Origin: Camelus dromedarius
Taxonomy: Eukaryota
DNA length: 64,000 bases
Assembly (NCBI RefSeq): GCF_036321535.1
Contig: NC_087437.1
Location: 8,246,001 to 8,310,000 of the forward strand
Reading direction: 5' to 3'
This document shows, piece by piece, positions 61,541 to 64,000 of this stretch. The translations under genes and the position numbers were made by a program. The notes below the pieces were generated by a model. It worked only from the letters and a program-made list of their open reading frames with translations, was not told where the DNA came from and did not search any database. Every line of letters begins with the position of its first letter. Position 1 is the first letter of the stretch.

Positions 61541-64000
61541 GGAAGGGGTTCAAGATGGCAGAATACAAGGGCAAGGAGTGCTTCTCCTCCCACAAATACA
61601 TCAAAAACACATCTGCCTAAGGAACAGTTCTCAAAGAACACCTGCTGAACTCTGGCGGAATATCTAACACAAGCAAAGCTACAAGATGACTCTCCAGGTG
61701 GCCAAGTAGGACCAAAAGCGAGGGGAAAAATATCAGGACGAGACCTGCAGCTCAGGGGAGGAGCAGAGAAACAGGAAAAGTTCCCTGACCCTGGGAAGCC
61801 CCTTCACCTGCAGGGAGCCCAGCTGGGACAGAAAGGGAGCTTCAGAGGCTCAGAGGAGAGTGTAGCAGCCGCTTTGCATGGGCAGAAAGGAGAGAAACTG
61901 CGCAGAGGATCCATGCAGTCCCCATCCCAAAACGTGAGCCTTCAGAACGTTACATCCAAAAAACCCAGAATATACATTCAAGTGCCCGTGGAACATTCTC
62001 TAGGATAGACCACATACTTGGACATAAAACAAGCCTCAACAAATTTACGAGGATAGAAATTATTTCAAGCATCATTTCTGACTTCAATGGCATGAAACTA
62101 GAAATCAACCACGGAAAGAGAAACAAGAAAAACAATAACAACTACAAAATGACTGCATGGAGACTAAACAACATGCTACTAAAATACCAGTGGGTCAATG
62201 ATGAAATCAAAAAGGAAATTTAAAAACACCTGAGACAAATGACAGTAAAAACAACCAACATAAAATCTGAGATGTAGCAAAAGTAGTCCTAAGAGGGAGG
62301 TTAAAAGAAATACAGGGCTTCCTCAAAAAATAAGAAAAATCTCAACTAAACAACCAAACCTACCATCTAAAAGAATTAGAAAAAGAAGAACAAACAAAAC
62401 CTAAAGCCAGCAGAAGGAAGGAAATAATAAAGATCAGAAAGGAAATAAAAGACAGATTAAAAAAAAAAAAAGAAAAAGCCAATCAAACCAAGAGCTGGGC
62501 TTTTTTGAAAGAGTAAACAAAATTGACAAACCTCTGGCCAGGTTCACCAAGAAAAGAGAGAGGACCCAAATAAAATACGAAACGAAAGAGGAGGAATTGC
62601 AACCAACACTACAGAAATACAAAACACCATAAGAGAACACTATGAACAATTATATGCCAACAAATTGGACAACCTAGAAGAAATGGACAAGTGCCTATAA
62701 AATATGGTCCACCAAAGCTGAATTAAGAATAAATAGATAATTTGAACAGACTGATCACTAGAAGTGAAACAGAATCTATAATTAAAAAAAAAAAAAACTC
62801 CTTGCAAACAAAAGTCCAGGGCAGGGATGGCTTCATTGGGACATTCTACCAAACATAAAAAGAACTTATACCAATCAATCCTTCTCAAACTCTTCCAAAA
62901 GATTGAAAAGGAGGGAACACTCCTAAACTCATTCCATGAAGACACCATCACCCTGATATCAAAACCAGATAATGATGCTACCAAAAAAGAAAAGTACAGG
63001 CCAATATCTTTAATGAATACAGATACAAAAACCTCCACAAAACATGAGCAAATCAAATCAAAAAACACATAAAAAAGATCATACACTATGATCAAGTTGG
63101 ATTCATCCCAGGGACACAAGGATGGTTCAACATAGGCAAATCAATCAATGTGATACACCACAGCCACAAAAGGACAAAAGCCACATGATTATCTCAACAG
63201 ATGCAGACAAATCCATTCATGATAAACTATTACCAAAATGGGTGTACAGAGAACATATCTCAACATTATAAAAGCTATTACGACAAACTCACAGCCAAAA
63301 TACTTAATGGTAAAAAGTGTAAAGCCTTCCCCCTAAAATGTGGAACAAGACAAGGATGCCCATTCTCACCAACTCTCACCATTTGTTCAACATAGTGTTA
63401 GCAGTCCTAGCCATAGCAATCAGACAAGAAAAAGAAAAGGGATCCAAATTAGAAAGGAAGAAGTAGAATTATCACTGTATACAGATAACATTATTCTATA
63501 TATAGAAAACCCTTAAGATTCCATGCAAAAACTACTAGAGCTGATACAAGACTAACATACAGAAATCTACTGAATTTCTTTACACTAACAAATATCAGAA
63601 AAGGAAATTAAACAATCACTTTTAAAATCACATCAAAAAAAAATTATGAATAAACCTGACCAAGGAGGTGAAAGACTTACATGCTGAGAGCTGTAAAACA
63701 CTGATAATGGAAATAAGAAATGGAAAGATACCCATGCTTTTGGATTAGAAGAAATTAATATTGTTAAAATGGCTATACTACCCAAAGCAATCTACAGATT
63801 TAATGCAATCCCTATTAATACACCCAGGACATTTTTCACAGAATTAGAACAAATAATCCTAAAATTTATATGGAATAACAAAAGACCCAGAACTGCCAAA
63901 GCAATACTGAAGAACAAAACTGGAGACATAACCGTCCCAGATGTCAGACAATACTACAAAGCTATAGTAATCAAAAAACAGTGTGGAACTGGTACAAAAA
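61541..64000 (+). mobile_element. degenerate LINE-1: 5'UTR (~61541-61940) joined to ORF2, ORF1 absent, runs off window
   Basis: caagatggc YY1-type start and cccacaaatacatcaaaaac 5'UTR motif; ORF2 peptide [29 protein letters not shown]...[10 protein letters not shown] and [13 protein letters not shown]; stops and frameshifts. Confidence 0.9.

Noticed and set aside
59400..64000. 3' exons of the expected downstream neighbour SGO1 (minus strand)
   Set aside because: No recognisable shugoshin coding sequence; the region is unique or old-repeat DNA followed by L1.
61946..64000. Active L1 reverse transcriptase gene
   Set aside because: Many stops, frameshifts and small deletions, and ORF1 is missing.

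Overview
Mammalian genomic DNA, most likely camelid (alpaca/llama/camel), judged from about 23 copies of a tRNA-Ala-derived SINE resembling the camelid Vic-1 family. The window holds the 3' part of KAT2B (PCAF histone acetyltransferase) on the + strand. Sixteen GT-AG-bounded coding exons (human-numbered 3-18, 14266-57480, 2069 nt) splice into one open frame covering the rest of the PCAF N-terminal domain, the NLS, the GNAT/HAT domain and the bromodomain, followed by a ~1.8 kb 3'UTR. Exons 1-2 lie upstream of the window. Introns and the 3' flank are full of repeats (tRNA-SINEs, L1 fragments, MIR/L2, MER33/MER58/MER53/MER5-type DNA transposons, solo LTRs), and a degenerate L1 fills the last 2.5 kb. 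I found no convincing novel biological system. The most notable oddities are: a TSD-flanked antisense retrocopy of a cellular mRNA 3' end in intron 13; an L1 with its 5'UTR joined directly to ORF2; a TSD-flanked internal L1 ORF2 fragment; a chimeric L1 3' end; inverted SINE pairs bracketing many exons; and a palindromic SINE core carrying (U)GCAUG on both strands. Repeat family names are from recall of consensus sequences, not from a search.
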